From: Chiloscyllium plagiosum
Lineage: Eukaryota
Length of the DNA stretch: 64,000 nt
NCBI RefSeq assembly: GCF_004010195.1
Contig: NC_057720.1
Span: 24,920,500-24,984,499 of the forward strand
Direction of reading: 5' to 3'
Below are positions 36,400-48,680 of the stretch, one piece after another. The translations under genes and the position numbers were made by a program. The notes under the pieces were generated by a model, which saw only the letters and a program-made list of their open reading frames with translations, was not told the DNA's origin and did not search any database. The first letter of the stretch is position 1, and the number at the start of each line of letters is the position of its first letter.

Positions 36400-37450
36400 C
36401 TGTAGTTCAGAGCACCTCTGGCAGTAATGAGTATCCTCTATTTATAGTGTGCCGCTACTCCAGGCAGTGGTGTTGTCATATGAAAGGGGCTGATTGCTGT
36501 GTGTGCTTACTAGCTGAGTGAAAGGGGAATTGCGAGTTTTTTTGTAATAAGCCTCTCGACTGACTTTTTAAAAAAAATCTCATTGACACCTCAGCATATT
36601 TGTAATTTTTTTTTTTGAAGGGGGTAGGTAGTAAATTGTGCGAAAGTTGATTTTGTGCGGTCCGCAATGGGGTGGGGTCCACACTCTGTGAATTGGGACT
36701 ATTTGTTTAAAAAATGTAGCCATTTGAATGGATGATTCATCCAGGGGTGGGGCGTTTGGCACTGAGTTGTACCAGGCTCTCTAATCTTTCTCATTTTTTT
36801 ATTCCCCCGCCCCTTCTCCCCACCTCTCTTCCTCCCTCCCTCCTTCCCCCCCCCCCCACACACACCCCCTTACAGACTCTGACAGGTGGTCAGTTACTTG
36901 AAGGTATACCAGGGGATTTCTGGAACCCAGGTGAGAGCTCTCCTCCCTCTGACTTTCAGGAACTAATTGTTTGTGAAGCTGTCGGGGCAAACGCTGCGGC
37001 AGTGCGCTGGGAGCTGCTGTGTAAGGAAGTCCGCTGCTCACAAACAGGAACTGATTGCAATGGAGCAGCCTCGCAGCGGAGGGAGCAGTTTTAAGCTTCT
37101 CTACTCGGGTGATTACAAGTGCTCTAGAGTCGGACCGCTTTTGGTGCCTGGCCGCTTTTAGTTTCACGGCTGATCTTTATAGCAATTGTACGTTGTCATG
37201 TCAAGATAAATCTCTCTCGATTTGAGAGCTCAGGCTTGAACTTTTATCCAGGGACTGCCCTTGCGTTGCTTATTTCACTACTTTTGTAAAATATGGAAAA
37301 CTTTTTTTAATCCACCTGCTGGGCACGTATCTACTTTTATTCAAAAAGCTATCGGTATTCTGAAAGCAATCGTTTTACTTCGTCACTGCAGTTATGATCT
37401 CCGGCTGTTTTAGTAATGTAGATGTCGATATTTTGCTGTTTTTGAGAACT
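36400..37450. promoter_or_regulatory. CpG-enriched candidate promoter/enhancer, possibly an ELOVL1 transcription start region
   Basis: About a dozen CpGs in 36980-37170 against a CpG-poor background, with no recognisable repeat. GC boxes near 36749 (GGGGCG) and 36804 (CCCCCGCCC). ETS-like AGGAAGT near 37024. Possible donor CAG|gtgaga at 36930. Confidence 0.5.
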
Positions 37451-40216
37451 GTGGTGCCCAGAATTGATGTTGACTGGACCTCTTATTCCTACTAGAAAGG
37501 ACAGGCAGAATCTTTAGTTTCAAGCGTGTTCCAAGTGTGGATCAGTTCCTCTAGTGTTGAATCTAGTGAAAATGTGGGTCGGTATTTAAAGTAATAAATT
37601 CAGTCAACAATATTCCTGATCTAAGTGATAACTTTTATACAAATTGTACACACAACAAAGTTGTAAGCAAGAAGCCATGACCCTGTTTTTTAAAAAGAAT
37701 CACTTCTGAATCTTAGTATTTCTGTCTCTCCTTCTCCCTCTCTTCTCTCCCCCCGCCATCACATTAACTTTTTATGGGTTAATTGCCTTTATGATTAGGA
37801 GCAGTGTTGGATTATTGTCAAGGTGAACATGATTGAATGTCGCTGCAATCAAGTTGACTTTTTTGTCATTGTGAGCTTCAGATACAGTAAACCCTTAATT
37901 TTATATTAAATAAGGGAATGGCCCATATCACTGAGTTAGAGAATGAGTTTCTCCAGAGTCTGAGGATGCGCTACCTAATTTGTGTGCACAGATTTAAGAT
38001 TTGGTTCAAGTGGAGTATTGGCTGGGCTTGGCAACAGGGTCTTGAGTAACACTGGAATATTGTGGGCTGCCCACTGCTACCTTTTTCTATTGAAAGGTAC
38101 CCCTGTATTGACTTGCTGGAGGATTAGTTAAGCATGTGTCCTCTTGTGCAAAGAGACTAACTGCTGAGGTTTTAAATACTGTACTATGTTAGGTTACAAA
38201 GAGGTGGAGTAATGCACCTGTACTGAGCTGTTGCATTTATCGTAGGTGGAAGGTGTTTATTGAGCAGCCCAAACCTGTTTTTCCACATTTTGGACATTCC
38301 TTAATCTTTCCCTCTCTCTCGCTCTCTCTCTCTTCCTCCTTTTTTGAAGGCGGGGGAGGCTGGCCCCTAGTGACAAACTGAGAGATCGGCAGTCGTCTAC
38401 ACCTGGGCCCAAGTTGTTGGATGATGCTTGATAGGTTTGTCGATTTGTATCTGTATTTTTGTTACTATAATATGCCTAGCATGGTCAAAAAATAGTTTTT
38501 CAGTGTGCCTACCTGTCATGTCTTGCACTGTTCAGTAATAAGCAGATCTCTTTCCACACCTGCTGGATGTGGTGGTTTGAAGGTTGTGCCGCCTGCTTGT
38601 AATTCTATCCACCCAATCCACTCTAAAATATTTGTTTGACTAATCGCTTGACTTAATAGAGCTTTATAGATCTTCAAAACTGTTTTCAATTTTATCTTGG
38701 TTGTCTTGAACTGGGGTATGGATTTGAGTGTTCGAAATAATGCTCTTTCAGTGCTCGTACGAGGCCTTCTTACTGGTGAGCTCGGGATTTGCAGGGAAGG
38801 TTTATTTAACCTTTTTTTTTGTTGTTGAAACTCCGAGGTAGACTTGGTGAATGCTGGACTGTGATGAACCTGCTCCTTTAGGCACTGGGTAAGATACCCA
38901 CTCAGTGACTACAGAAGGGCACATGGGGAAACTCCTCCCATAATCTATTGGGGGAGAACATGGGGATGGAAATGTGAAGCGATTTGGCTTTTCCAAGTAA
39001 ATTGAAAATTTCTTTTCATTGCAGTGCATGTCTGAAATCTTTTTTGTAACAACATGCTATCTATATATTTCCATTAAAGGTTACAATGTTGAAGCTGTCG
39101 CTCCTAGAACCCCCCCTCCTTTCCCACCCTTCACCGTGGTGAAATATGTAAATTTGCTTAAGTCACTTTTGCTTTTTGAGTCTATTTCATACTTAGTGAC
39201 ATTTTTGGCAGCAACTGCCAGTGTAATTTCAAAGGTAACTCAAGATTGATACTAGTTGTTGAACTTTGTGCTCTAGTCATGCTCTGAGTTCTCTCCAGCT
39301 ACAGTTCTATTAATTTCATTAAATATATGTGCTATTGATTTGTATAGTCTAATGCTGGATTTATTTAAATAGGAATGGAGGGAGTTCTGTTTGGATAGAT
39401 CTGACCTCCAACTGGCACCATAGTTATGCAGCATGGAAATAGACCATTTTGGTCCAAACAGTCCATGCCAAGCTTTGTCCCAAACTAAACTGGTCCCACA
39501 TGCCTGCATTTGACCCATATCCAATAACTTTTTTAAAATTTTGTAACTATCCACATCTCCTCTTTCTCTGGCAGTTGACTTGTACACAAATCACACTCAT
39601 TTATGACATGAGGCAATTTATTTTTAAGAGCATGAAAATAGACCTTTTTTTGGTCCCACCAATCCATACTGAGCACAATCCTGAAATTAACTAGTCCTGC
39701 CTGCCTGCTCCTGGCCCGTATTCCTCCCAACCTTTTTCCTATTCATATTCTTATCTCTCTTTTAAATGTAATTGGACCTACATCCACTTCCTCAGGAAGT
39801 TACTTCCACATGTGAACCACCCTCTAGTTTGGGGAAAAAATGCTGACATTTTTAACTTAATGTGCACCCTAGTCTTGAAATCCCCCATCCCAGGGAAAAG
39901 GCACCTACCATTAGCCCATTAACCTCTAAGATCATCCCTCAAACTCCTATGCTCAGCTATAAAAGTTCTCTGCCTAGTTTTCTCTCCAGACCCTCCATCC
40001 CTGGCAGCATTCCATAAATCTTTTGAACCCTCCTCCAGTTTAATTACCATCTTCCCATAAGTGATCAGAGCTGCTCACATTGCTGCAGAAGAGGTCTCTA
40101 TGTCCTGGACATTCTCCCTCCATGAGTATGGAGTTGGGATGTCAATGTCCACACTGTCTACCTGTGACAAATTTCAAGAATTAACCCCTCAACCTCTGGC
40201 GCCCCTACCCAGGGTC

Positions 40217-40412
40217 GTGTTGCTGGAAAAGCACAGCACGTCAGGCAGCATCCGAGGAGCAGGAGTATCGGCATTTCTGGATGGAGCCCTTCAGGAATGG
40301 AAGGCTCTGACCCAAAAAGTCTATATTCCTGCTGATGCTGCCTGACCTGCTGAGCTTTTCTAGCAACACGCTCTACTCTGATCTCTAGCACCTGCAGACC
40401 TCCCCTTTCTCC
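40217..40412. mobile_element. Fold-back Penelope-like derivative nested in CR1
   Basis: GTGTTGCTGGAAAAGCACAGCA.GTCAGGCAGCATC / GATGCTGCCTGACCTGCTGAGCTTTTCTAGCAACAC arms. Pivot CCTTCAGGAATGGAAGG at the decayed hammerhead. Confidence 0.85.
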
Positions 40413-41442
40413 AACACTGCTCAGGGTCCTATCATTAATCATAGCCCTGTCCTTGTTTACATTAACAAAATGCAAAGCCTCACATTTATCCAAATTAAAC
40501 TTGCTCTGCTACTCAGCCCATTGACTGAATTGATCAAGAACCCTTTGTAATCTTGAATAACCTTCAGTGTTGACTATACCACCAATCTTGTCATCTGCAG
40601 GCTTTCTAACCATGCCTTCTATACTCGTGCAAGTCTTTTACATGAAAGACAAACCAAAGTTGATGCAGTACCAATCTCTTTGGAATACACTGGTCATGGG
40701 CCTCCAGTCTGAACCAGCCTCTGTCTTCTACATCAAGCCAATTTTGTATTCAACTGGCAAGCTCACCCTAACTTGGCTGACTAATCCATTGATCAGAATC
40801 TTGTTAAAAGCTTTTCTAAAGTTCAAGGAAACTATCTACTACTCTGCTCCCACAATCCCTTTGGTTACTTTCACAAAACTCAAAAGTTTGACATGATTTT
40901 TCCTTTTACTAAGCTATGCTGGTGACCCCATCATTTCTTGCGCCTCCATGTAAATCCATATTTCGAATCTCCTCTAACAACTTACCCACGACTCATGTCA
41001 AGTTCTCAGGTCGATAGTTCCCAACCTTCTCATTCTTGAATGAAGGCACAAGATTAGCAACCCTTCAGTCTTCTAGCACCTCCACCCATGGTTAACGTGA
41101 AACAAATTTCTACTAGGGTTTCCACCTAACTTCCCATAATATTTGGGATACACTTGGATCAGACTCTAGACACTTATCCATCTTTTTGGTTTCAAGACCT
41201 CCAGCATCATCCCTTCTGTAATATGATCTGTTTTCAAAACATGAGCATTTATTTCCTGGAGTTCTATAGTCTCCATTTCTCTTGCCAGAGAAGCTGATGC
41301 GCAATATTAATATCTCTCCCACATCCTAAAGTTCAATACTGATGACTTCATTGACTTTTTAAGTGGTCCTACACTGTCTATGCTTTTATTCTTTTACTCT
41401 TAATGTACTTGTAGAATCTCTCCTTGACTTTACCTGCCAAAG

Positions 41443-41654
41443 AGGAGAAAGTGAGGGCTGGAGATCAAAGTTGAAACTTTATTGCTGGAACAGCACAGCA
41501 GGTCAGGCAGCATCCAGGGAACAGGAGATTCGATGTTTCGGGCACAGGCCCTTCTTCAGGAATGAAGAAGGGCCTGTGCCCGAAACGTCGAATCTCCTGT
41601 TCCCTGGATGCTGCCTGACCTGCTGTGCTGTTCCAGCAATAAAGTTTCAACTTT
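41443..41654. mobile_element. Young fold-back Penelope-like derivative: 92-bp arms, 4-nt loop, double hammerhead motif
   Basis: Arms 41467-41558 / 41563-41654 with one mismatch (CpG decay at 41534). 16-bp TSD ACTTTACCTGCCAAAG (41427-41442 / 41650-41665). Confidence 0.95.
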
Positions 41655-42719
41655 ACCTGCCAAAGCTCATCCTGTTTTTGCCTTCCTGATTTCCTCCTTT
41701 GTAGAATGCCCCTACATTCTCCCAATTGTCTAGATGTAATGTTCTTATTCTTGACTATAACCTCTTATTCATCCACTATTCCCTAATCTTACCAGTCTTG
41801 CCTTTCACCTTAACAGGAACATAATGTCTCTAAGCTCTAGTTATCACACCTTTGAAGACTTTCCACTTGTCAGTCACCCCTTTACCTGTGAACAGTCTAT
41901 TCCGATCAATTTTTGAAAGTTCGTGTCTCCATATTAATTTGCTTTACTCCAATTAAAAACTTCAACTGTTATGGAAAAGAATAAACCTTCCATAACTATA
42001 AAATTATGACCCCTAGTCCTGAAAAAGCCTCAGTCAGCAAGGAAAGACAGTTGACTGAAGGCAAGTGAGAATAACTATGCTGTTACATTAGGATTTTTAT
42101 TTGAGTGGAATGCTTTTTAAAATGTGGTGTTATAACCTGGGAGTTGAGGAATTCCAAGGAATATAATTAAGTATAGGTAGTGTGTATAGAGTCCATTTTT
42201 TTTCTTGGAGAATGGATGAGCTTGTGGCACTTGGTTTTGCTGGCTTACCAAGGAGTCTCAGCCATGTATTCTGCTTTACAAAGGCCTATTTACCTCCAGC
42301 CAGAGTTGTCCTTTATTAAATTTTACTGAGGAATGGCAATGCTTGAGGAAAAGGAAACATAGCCAAAGATCACCACCAGAATAACCATATTCAGGTCAGG
42401 AACCATCTGGAAAGAAGCTAATGTATCAGTTTGCTAGAAAAACCTCTTCAGTAGTTTGAAAAAATTGCAGATGCAAAAATGCCAAGTTTTAATGCAAGTA
42501 CTCAAAGCAAAGGAAGAATGCTGTGTGAACATAGTGTGGGATAATGGACAAAAGAACACTTATTTCCACACTGCCAAAATGAGGGGAAATAGGTTGATTT
42601 AAAGTGATGAACCCCCATAAAGTGCCTAAGAGAAGCCAAGGTACTAGTCAGATAATGAGATTGGAGAATTAAATATCAAATGACCAGGCACTCCTATCAT
42701 GCTTGTAGATTGGAGATCT

Positions 42720-43300
42720 ATTAAGACATAAGAGCATTCAGGTGGTTGAGCCTGCTCCACCATTCAAGGGAGATGAGGGTTTTAGCAATGATTTGCAAGG
42801 AAGCAAATGTACTGTAGCCCAAATTGCAGATGACAAAAGTAGGTGAAGGGCAAGTTGCAAGAGGGATAGTTTCTTTTAAAGAGATTGCGAGGTTAAACAT
42901 AGAAAATAGCTGTAAAAGTAGGTAATTTGGCTCTGCACCACCATTCAATATGATGGTGGTTGATCTTGCAATTTCAGTATCTCTCTCTTTCTATCCATAT
43001 TCCTTAGCCCTTGCAACAAAAGGGGATCATGTCCAGCTCCCTCTTGAATATATCTAATGAATGGCCCCCAACAGCTTTCAGTGGGAGAAAATTCCACAAG
43101 TTCACAACTGAGTGAAGAAATTTTTCAGTCCTGAATAGCTTACCCTTTTATTCTTAGACTGAGATTAAATAGGGTAGAAGTTGGTAAATGGAGTATAATG
43201 TGGGAAATTGTGAAGTTCATTTTGGAAGGGCGAACCATAGTATTTAAATGGAGGAACCACCCAAAGACTTAGGAGTATTTGTGTATGAAACAGTTAGCAC
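42720..43300. mobile_element. Interleaved CR1 fragments in both orientations
   Basis: + strand CAAATTGCAGATGACAAAAGTAGGTG (ADD motif) and ATGGAGTATAATGTGGGAAA. Minus-strand 3' tail GCTCCACCATTCAA / GAAATTCCACAAGTTCACAAC. Confidence 0.65.
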
Positions 43301-44407
43301 ATGGGTGCTAGTTCTATGAACCTGATGTGTCTAATTTTGACTTTTTCCACTTTAACCTGACAGTAATCCAAGTGAAAATTGCATTTGCACACAAAGATTA
43401 ATTGCATTTTCTTTACATTGTTGTCTATTTCTAAATTTGATCTTGAATCAAATGTAAGTTGTAGTACTTGGGCAGTAGACTGTTGTGGTTTTTTAATATA
43501 GCTGAAATAAGTCATTGCCACTAAGCATTTTAATTGGAGCAGAGAACCTGGAGTAAGCTAGATGCCACTCTTTTTAAAAATTGATTTGGTATTCCTGGAG
43601 ATTTTAACGTGGTAATTGATCACGTGGGAAAACATTGCTAAGAATATTAATAATGAGAAAAAAAGACACCTAATCCAGTCTACAAACCTCCACACCCATG
43701 TAACAATGCTCAGCTTTAGTGAAGTGATGCTTCTCCTCTGAGAGAAGCCCCAGAGCTTTCTAACTCCCAGAACAAAACACATTGTATAATCTCGTGCTGC
43801 TATTCTGTATGTGTGTAAACCGTGTCAGAGCCACTTGTTCCACATTGTCAGCTGTACTTGTTTAGCATACCTGTTCCCCAATTCCAAAGGGCAGCCACTT
43901 AAACCACCAGCTGGTTGGGAACCTTGGTGAAAGTGGTCTTAGATACCAGTTCTTTTTTCTTGAAGCTACAAACATTAGTCATTTAAAAAACTACTATTTA
44001 AGTTGTCTTGGTGTTCATGCCTCAAAGTTCAAGAATTTCTAGTGAAGGCTTATTGTGTTTAACACTCCATGATTTTATTACTTTATTTAAAAACTGGCAC
44101 AGTCAGATACTTTGTCGTTGGAATTCCTTTGACTTTTTTTGAACTGGTTTGGCAAAGTGGTGCTGGAAATACCAGGCTTTTGTATACAAAACATTTTGGA
44201 TACTTATCCCTACAAATTGAGCAATTTGTAAACCATGCAGTGTTGGCCAGGAGAAGCATTTGGAACAAACTATTAGTTTGTATCACTCGTTGACGTTCAA
44301 TGGGGTCAGGAATCGTGCGCTCGCTCCAAACAGCTTTTTCTCAAACATCCCAGGTTAATTTTAATTCTGACTGTAAGCGATATAAATAGTGTCATCTTCT
44401 AAGGAGG

Positions 44408-47375
44408 ATAGAACAGTACTGGCCCTTTGGCCCTCATGTTGGACTGACCTGTGAAATTAATCCACCCATCTAACCTACAACATTCCATTATTATCCATAT
44501 GTATGTCCAATGCCCATTTAAATGCCTTTAACATCAGCGAGTCAACTACTGTTGCAGGCAGGTAGTTCCACGCCACTTCTACTTTTAGTAAAGAAACTAC
44601 CCTGATATCTGTTGCCCCTCCAATTAAATCTGTCTCCTCATGTTAGCCTTCACTATCTGGGGAATAAGGCTTTCACTGTCCATGTCTAACCCTGATTATC
44701 TTACACGTCTCAATTAAGTCACTTCTCCACCTCCAATGAAAACAGCCTCTGTTCCCTCAGCCTTTCCTCATAAAACATTCCTTCCATACCAGGCAGCATC
44801 CTAGTAAATCTCCTCTGAACCCTTTGCAAAGCTTCCATATCCTCCTTTATAATATGGTGACCAGAACTGCATGCAATACTCCAGGTGTGGCCTAACAAGT
44901 GTCTTGTACAGCTGAAGCATGACCTTGTGGCTCTGGAACTCGATCTCTCTACCAATAAATGTCAACACACCATATGCTGCCTTAACCCGATCAACCTGGG
45001 TGGCAACTTTAGGATTTATGCACCTGGACACAGATCTGTTTCACTACACTGCCAAGAATTTTACTATTGGCCTAGTAAGCTGCATTCCTGTTATTTCCAA
45101 AGTGAACTACCCCTCTTTTCTACATTAAACTCGTTTTGCCACATCTCAGCCCAGCTCTGCATCTTATCTATGTCCCTCTGTAACCCACAAGTACCCGCAA
45201 CTCTGCCTATCTTGGTCATCTGCAAATTTACTAACCCATCCTTCTACACCAACCTCCAGATCACTTCTAAAAATGACACAGCAGTGGCCACAAAACAGAT
45301 CCTTGTTGCACACCTGAGCTCCAGATGAACACTTCCCATCAACCACCATCCTCTTTCAGCTAGCTAATTTCTAATCCCCAAGCCACTAAATCACCTTCAA
45401 TCCTGAAAATCTATTTTATGCAATAGTGTAGAGTGAAAATTATCAAATGCCTTATTGTAGTCCACATATCAACTGCTTTACCTTCATCCACCTGTTTTGT
45501 TGCCACCTTGAAGACCTCTAAGGTTAGTGAGTCATGACCTACCCTTCAACTGTATTGACTACTCCTAATCAAATTATTCCTTTCCAGATGATCAATCCTA
45601 TCCCTTATAGCCTTTTTCCAACACCTTGCCTACAACCGAAGGAAGGCTCACTAGCCTATAATTACCAGGATTGTCCTAACTCCCTCCTTTAAATAAGGGA
45701 ACAACATTTGCTATCCTCCAGTCTTCTGGCACTAATGTCTACAATGTAGAGACTTTGGCTTCGATCTTAATGTCATCAATCTCTTCCCTGGCTTCCAGAG
45801 AAGAGGATAAATCCCATCCAACCCAGGGGTCTTATCTATTTTCAGATTAGATTTCTAAAACCTTTTTCAGCTGCAATTCCAGCAAATCTTGTATCTTCAT
45901 ATATTCTCACTAACATTGCCCTTTTCCAATGTGAAGACTGAGAAAAGTACTCATTAAGCACTTCCCTTATGTCCTCTGCCCCACACAGCTTTCCACTACT
46001 ATCTTTGGCTCTAAACGTGCGCTAGTCATGCATTTATTCCTGATGTACCTATTGATTGCTTTAGGGTTTTCCTTGATCCTATCTGTCAACAACTTCTCAT
46101 GTCTCCTTGGCTCTTAGCCAGAAAAGATCTAAAGAGAGGGATAACTTTATAACTCAAGCCCCCTAAGTGAACCTTCACACCTCATCCTCTCATAAGCCTC
46201 CTTCCTCTTGACAAGAGGTTCAACTTCTTTAGTAAACTATGGCTTCCTCTCTTGACAACTACCTCCCTGCCTGATCGGTGTAGATACTTATCAAGGACCT
46301 GCAGTAGCTGTTCCTGGAATAAGTTCTACATTTCAAGTGTGTCCATCCCCTGCAGTTTCCTACCTCATCCTAGGCATCCTAAATCTTGCCTAATTGCATT
46401 ATCATTGCCTTTCCCCCAGTTATCTCTTTCCCTGCGGTGTATATACCTATCCCTGTCCATTGCTGTTGTAAACATATATCCGAATTATGATCACTATCGT
46501 CGAAGTGCTCACCTACCTCCAAATCTAACACCCGGCTAGGTTATTTCTCCACTACCAAATGTAGTGTGGCCTTGCCCCTTGTTGGCTTGTCTACATACTG
46601 TCAGAAAACTGTCCTGCTCATATTGGAAAAGCTGACCCATCTAAACTATTTGAATATACTAATCCGTCAATATTAGGGAATGTTAAAGTCTCCCATAACT
46701 ACTGTTACACTCATTCCTATCATGAATCATCTTTGCTATCCTTTTCTACATTCCTGGAACAATTCAGAACTATAGAAAATTCCCAACAGGATGACCTCTC
46801 CTTTCCTGTTAACTTTGGGTCAAGCTACCTCAGGATGAATCCTCCAACTTTATCTCAGCTGCTATAATGTGACCCTTTATTAACAATGCCACAGGCCCCT
46901 GTACCCCCTTACCATCCCCTCGTTCTTACTGAAACATCTAAATCTCGGAATCTGCAACAGTCATTCCTGTCCCTCCTCTGGCCATGTCTCCAAAATGGCC
47001 ATAACATTGAAATCCCAGGTACCAATCCATGCTGCAAGTTCACGCACCTTATTTCAAATGCTCCTGGCATTTTCTCTGGCAAACCAGAGAAAACGACTTT
47101 GTTTGTTTGTTCTAGCTCTAAGCTTCCTCCCTACTCCCTGAATTTCTGCCTTGGATCTTGGATTCCTACCTTTTTGGGGCTGCTTCTCCCCCCCCCCCAC
47201 CCCCACAAAGGATTCCGAAACACAATTGGACATCACGAACACTGGTAGGCAACACACCAACCGTGCGTCTCATACCCACAATATCACCTGTTTGTCCCCC
47301 TATGGAGTCCCCAGTGACTAAGCTCTGCTCCTCTTCCCCTGCACCGGAGACCTGTGCCCCATTGTTTAGCCCTGG
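44408..47375 (-). mobile_element. Long (about 3 kb) decayed CR1 LINE spanning EN, RT and 3' end
   Basis: Minus-strand ORFs VMLQLYKTLVRPHLEYCMQFWSPYY, ALQRVQRRFTRMLPGMEG..YEERLR and VSKFADD, with endonuclease-region sequence further upstream. Confidence 0.9.
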
Positions 47376-47659
47376 TAAGTCATTGAAAATTTCTCTTACT
47401 AGAATGTTTCTGACTTTTCCTCTTTTATTTGTAGAACAATCTGTCTGTCACGCATGGTGTTTAGTGAGGAAGGCAGGCTAATGAGGTTGGAAGCCTGTAC
47501 AGTTTTTGTCTAGAATTGATGCAGAGAGCAAACCCTTTGAATCCTCTCAAACTGCTCTATTATCCCATTGTTTTTGTTCCTGTGCAGGTGATCTTTGTTT
47601 TTTTTTAAAATTGTAAATACTGTGACCTCTTAGTGCAGACTTGTGTACTGCCTCAGCAT

Positions 47660-48680
47660 GACTGTGGTGATTGTACATGCATTAGTGGTGACATTCCCAA
47701 ATGTCCCAAGATTTCAGAAGAGATTCAAAGTTGCAAATGTAATCCTTCTTTAAGGGAGGAAGACGGACAGGAAGTTGCATGTCAGGCATTGAAAACTTGA
47801 TTCATTATTTTAAGGAGGTTATATGTTGAACATTTAAAATAAAATCAGACCAAATCAATATGGTTTTGCAGAATGCAACTTTTTAAAACATTTCAGAAAG
47901 TAACTAGCAAGGTGCATGCAGAGAAGCCTGGAATTGTGGGTGTACTTGAATTCTCAAAAGGACTTTTATGGTACTAGATTGGTTACCTCATGACGTGAGC
48001 TCAGTGTAGGAAGTAATGCACTAGCATCGGTCAGCTGTCTGGAAGTAGAGGCATAAATGTCTTTGTTTTCCCCCCATGTTGGTGAGCTACAACTAACAAA
48101 ATGCCACAGGAGATCCATAATGGGGACTTAGATTATAATCTATCAGTGGCTTGGATGAAGGGACCAAATGTTATGTAGCTAAATTTTGCTGATGCCACCC
48201 AAGGTAGGCCAAAACCTAAATTGTGACTAGGATGTGATAGTTTGAGTAGGCCAATTTTTAGCCAATGTGTAATGAGAAAATATGAATACATACACTTCAG
48301 GTCGAGTAGCGAAGCAATCTATAAACATAGACAGCAAAATTATAAGATACAGCAAGTATCATGCTACTTGGATCACCCAGAGTAGAAAGTGATCATTGGA
48401 TATTGAAGCATTTGCTTGTGGGATATGGACATTGTTGGCCAAGCAAACATTACTCATTATAATTGCCCTTGAACCGAATGGTGAGTAATTGAGGGCCAAC
48501 CATATTGTTGAGGGTCTGGAAGACTTTTGATTTCCAGGGGCTCGAGGCCTAAATCTATTTGAGGCAGTGTTAAATTTTTGATCAACAATGAGTCAATCTA
48601 GAGGGGAAGACCTGAAACGAAGAATTATTGGCTGATCAGGCTTGGAGGCTAAATGGCCCACACTACTCCAAATTGTAATG
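47660..48680 (+). mobile_element. Old CR1 LINE fragment with an internal reverse SINE/LINE tail piece
   Basis: GTTGCAAATGTAA.CC (ANV.P), TGCCACAGG, AAATTTTGCTGATG (KFADD-like), tail GGCTAAATGGCC..CTACTCC. Confidence 0.65.

Larger units (their letters stand above)
39418..42020 (-). mobile_element. CR1 LINE fragments (3' tail, RT, linker) hosting two fold-back insertions
   Basis: CR1 tails at about 39420 and 39620. Minus-strand KCEALHF, ADD-like (GTCATCTGC) and GDYRTP motifs. Confidence 0.8.

Noticed and set aside
41363..41725. Overlapping + and - ORFs encoding almost the same peptide
   Set aside because: Artefact of the DNA palindrome, not a gene pair.
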